The position numbers were made by a program, and so were the translations under genes. Source: a virus. From it: a DNA stretch of 64,000 bases. The stretch lies in the IMG/VR virus record IMGVR_UViG_3300028780_000001; one strand, given 5' to 3'. Under the pieces are notes generated by a model. It made no database searches and was not told the DNA's origin. It was given only the letters and a program-made list of their open reading frames with translations. Below, piece after piece: positions 61,527 to 64,000 of the stretch (position 1 is the stretch's first letter; each line of letters opens with the position of its first letter).

Positions 61527-61560
61527 CGACATAGACCGACGTCGCCGCCGGTCGACAAGC

Positions 61561-62709
61561 TTAGATGCCAGCGACGCGGACGACTGCCCATGGGCGCTTG
61601 CAGAGTGTACCGGCCGTACCGTTCGAATAATCTTCGATGTACGACTTGGCACGCTTTTCGACACCAAGCGTAACGAACTTGGTCTGAACCAGTTGGGCGA
61701 AGGTCTCGCCGCCGTCCGTCGAGCCGTCGATTTCAGACGAGATTTCTTCTGCGAACAGATAGAAAACGTCGTCGCTACCGTCGGCCGCGCCCAGTTCCGG
61801 CGCCGATTCAACGCGAATCTTTTTGTACGTCTGGTCGAGCCAGTCGCGCACGCTCACGCCGAAGTCGGTCGTCACGGTCAGGTAATCGACTTTGTCCGTC
61901 GGCAGAGCCAACGTCATATCGACCTTTTCCGGGTTGATCTGATCTTGCGATTGCGTACGCAGTTGCACCACGGCCATACGGATGTCGCCCGTGATCGCCT
62001 GGAAAGTGCCGTTTGCCGAACCCCAACCGCCGGTAACGGACGACGAGATATAGGCTGGCAAGTTCGGATCGTTCAGGAAACCGTACGTCTGGTTGTTGCC
62101 GCTATTCCAGCCGTAGAAACCGACTGCATTTCGGAAGATTTCCAGGCCGACAGCCGAACCTTGACGCTTCGTTTCCGCGCTCGACAGACGCATCGCGGCC
62201 GAACGACCTTCTTCGAGCAGACCGACCTGGATGCCGATTTCACCGCGAACGATCGTCCGTTTGATGAAGTTCGTATTCCAGAGTGCGAGCGGAATGTTCG
62301 TGAAGTCGCCGTATTCGGTCGCGGTCGCGGCCGGTTCGACGATGCCCTGCACGATTTCCTGATCTTCCCAGCTACCGACGGTCTTCACGCCGATCAGGTC
62401 ATCGATCTTGCGAGCCGATGTCATGACCTTGATGAAACCCGGCAACCAGGTTTGCAGGAACTGGACCGGCGTCGGAACGCTCGCTGCTGTTGCGGGCGCA
62501 ACGAAGGCGGCATCCATCGCCGCGCCTGAGCCCGCGCCACCTTCGTACAGCAAGTGGACCTGTCGCAGTACGGTTGCGTGATCGAACACGATGCCAAATT
62601 CGCGTGCAATCTCTTGCACCGCTTTGGATGTGATTTGTTTCGCATCCATCGTCAACGGCACAATCTTGCGACCGCTGATCGACGAGCGAATTACGGAAGG
62701 CTTCAGCAT
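61561..62709 (-). CDS. major capsid protein
   Basis: 382 aa, flanked by hairpins, AGGAG RBS; pattern as remembered for DUF2184-type capsid proteins. Confidence 0.7.
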   Translation of the reverse strand: MLKPSVIRSSISGRKIVPLTMDAKQITSKAVQEIAREFGIVFDHATVLRQVHLLYEGGAGSGAAMDAAFVAPATAASVPTPVQFLQTWLPGFIKVMTSARKIDDLIGVKTVGSWEDQEIVQGIVEPAATATEYGDFTNIPLALWNTNFIKRTIVRGEIGIQVGLLEEGRSAAMRLSSAETKRQGSAVGLEIFRNAVGFYGWNSGNNQTYGFLNDPNLPAYISSSVTGGWGSANGTFQAITGDIRMAVVQLRTQSQDQINPEKVDMTLALPTDKVDYLTVTTDFGVSVRDWLDQTYKKIRVESAPELGAADGSDDVFYLFAEEISSEIDGSTDGGETFAQLVQTKFVTLGVEKRAKSYIEDYSNGTAGTLCKRPWAVVRVAGI

Positions 62710-62742
62710 TTGTGAGAACTCCTAAAGTAGTCTCGTTGATGT

Positions 62743-62766
62743 CAGGCGCCTGTTTTAGCGCGCCTG
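62743..62766 (-). promoter_or_regulatory. stem-loop in capsid gene leader
   Basis: CAGGCGC/GCGCCTG 7-bp stem, 10-nt loop. Confidence 0.45.
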
Positions 62767-62775
62767 TGCGGTCAA

Positions 62776-63408
62776 TTACAGTTGAACGATTGCCAGGGCC
62801 GATACGGGAGCGCCGACGGCGGATGCGCCAAGCGGCGTGTTCGTAACGATGATCGGGTTGCCCGGCACAGCCAACATACCGGTCGGTACTGCCGAGCCCT
62901 TCGGAACGTACACCAGACCGCCCAACGGAATCACCATCGTGTTGTCGCCACCCGGTACGCCGACCGGAACGTAGGCGAGCGTGTCGCCGTAGTTCATCGT
63001 GACAGCGCCAGCCGTACCGTTGAAAATCTCGCACACCATACCGGTGAACATGTCGAACATTTCACCTTCCGTGCCTTGCGGAAGGTCGATCGTCGGCGCC
63101 AGCGCGCTACCAATCTGACCGTACGATGCATAGCGTTCGGGGTGGCCCAGGATGCCGTAGAAGTCGACACCGCCGACCACGACGAGATCGCTATCTGCCG
63201 CGAGCGTGGTACCGCCGGGAACGCTGCCGTCGGCCGAATAGCCGAACACGCGCGACATCCGGTTTGTGGAAAGCGCCGGGTCACTCCCGATCGAAGCCGA
63301 CGTAATGCGCGCTACCTTGCCGCGCGTTGGGCCGTGGCGTACGATCTGGCCTTGGAAACCAGTTGTGTACGCGCGCTTGACAGAAGTCTGAAGTTGACCG
63401 TTGCTCAT
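62776..63408 (-). CDS. head protein (possible decoration/cement or scaffold-associated)
   Basis: Between scaffold-like and capsid genes. Confidence 0.45.
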   Translation of the reverse strand: MSNGQLQTSVKRAYTTGFQGQIVRHGPTRGKVARITSASIGSDPALSTNRMSRVFGYSADGSVPGGTTLAADSDLVVVGGVDFYGILGHPERYASYGQIGSALAPTIDLPQGTEGEMFDMFTGMVCEIFNGTAGAVTMNYGDTLAYVPVGVPGGDNTMVIPLGGLVYVPKGSAVPTGMLAVPGNPIIVTNTPLGASAVGAPVSALAIVQL

Positions 63409-64000
63409 TAGCTCACCTTTTTGAGGTATGCCGAGACGACCGAATCACCATCGGCACCATCAGCGGCTTGGGTTGGAACAGGATTTTGTTGAACGACAAC
63501 GCCGTTTCGCAGGTTCTCGTGCGCGGTAAGGAACGCGTCGAGGGCCGTGGATTCGTGACCTTTCGGGCACTTGATTTTCAGGGCTTTTACCCCGTAAACA
63601 GCGACGTCAGTAGATGTGCAAGATGCAATATCAAGGGCGCCGTCGAATGTGCCAACCAGTTTAGACACGCCGTCCACGAAGCGAGTCTTGCGAGTAGCGT
63701 CAGCATAGAAATTACGCAGCGCAGCATCAGCACCCGTGTGCTTTCCTGCCGAAGGGCCAGGCGACGCAGAGCCTTGTCCACCTTCGCCGCTCGCCGCGCC
63801 CGGTTCGCCTTCATCCGTTCCCTCACGGACCTCAGCGGTAAGTCCCTCGACGGCGTCTTCGGTTGATTCTCCATTGGGTTCCCCGGTCTCGCCGCTCGAC
63901 GCTTCGGCGCCCATTTCGTCGCCTTCCTTTTTCGGGGTGGCGGGCGTTGCTGGTGCTGCGGCCGGTTGTGCTGGCGCGGCTTCTTCGCTACCGCCCAATG
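63408..64000 (-). CDS. scaffold-like protein, 3' part (ORF open at window end)
   Basis: Ala/Pro/Glu-rich low-complexity N-terminal region; ATGA overlap with next gene. Confidence 0.45.
   Translation of the reverse strand, partial: LGGSEEAAPAQPAAAPATPATPKKEGDEMGAEASSGETGEPNGESTEDAVEGLTAEVREGTDEGEPGAASGEGGQGSASPGPSAGKHTGADAALRNFYADATRKTRFVDGVSKLVGTFDGALDIASCTSTDVAVYGVKALKIKCPKGHESTALDAFLTAHENLRNGVVVQQNPVPTQAADGADGDSVVSAYLKKVS

Noticed and set aside
1-64000. Lysogeny module, reverse transcriptase/DGR, toxin-antitoxin pair, terminase and portal
   Set aside because: No integrase, CI-like repressor, RT or recognisable TA motifs were seen in any frame. Terminase and portal are presumably beyond 64000 on the minus-strand structural operon.

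Overview
The window is almost entirely a tailed dsDNA phage genome segment of the contractile-tail type (sheath, tube, baseplate), roughly mid-50s % GC by eye and very CpG/TCGA-rich. It falls into four strand blocks. (i) 1-17130 (+): about 55 small early genes, mostly of unknown function. Recognisable products are a MazG-like pyrophosphohydrolase, an HNH endonuclease, a signal-peptide beta-barrel outer-membrane protein, a DUF1643-like protein, a C5-methyltransferase-fold protein, and several zinc-ribbon and small membrane proteins. These genes are punctuated by a repeated ~100-bp promoter-leader cassette. (ii) 17300-23726 (-): two unknown genes (one very acidic), an AT-rich origin-like gap with TA tracts and CAACTA repeats, a VapE/D5-type helicase, a T5orf172/GIY-YIG-like homing-endonuclease-like gene with three tandem repeats, and a primase-polymerase-like gene. 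(iii) 23848-42072 (+): a Dda/RecD-like helicase, envelope-targeted small proteins, a HAD phosphatase plus a pseudo-HAD fusion protein, a DnaQ-type exonuclease, a DnaE-type polymerase, a VRR-NUC-like nuclease, an SNF2 helicase and one tRNA-Glu(UUC). The lysis genes here (holin-like, embedded i-/o-spanins, GH19 endolysin) are interleaved with a Nudix-like gene and an ATP-dependent ligase. (iv) 42247-64000 (-): tail fibres, baseplate, tape measure with a lytic transglycosylase domain, tail chaperone, a repeat-rich 873-aa fibre, duplicated tube-like and unknown tail genes, sheath, tube, head-tail and head genes (major capsid, scaffold-like partial). I saw no integrase, repressor, CRISPR array, rRNA or reverse transcriptase. 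Terminase and portal are not in the window. All family assignments rest on motifs read by eye, with no database search. The most unusual signals are regulatory. First, the dispersed promoter cassette has helically phased TCGA boxes, an upstream TTAGAG-N6-CTCTAA inverted repeat that swallows the stop codon of the preceding gene, and a purine-only AGAAAGGAAYAGAAA leader. Second, there is a separate TTTATGCGCATAAA palindrome class. Also unusual are the nucleotide-metabolism and pseudo-enzyme genes and a triplet of unannotated mini membrane peptides.
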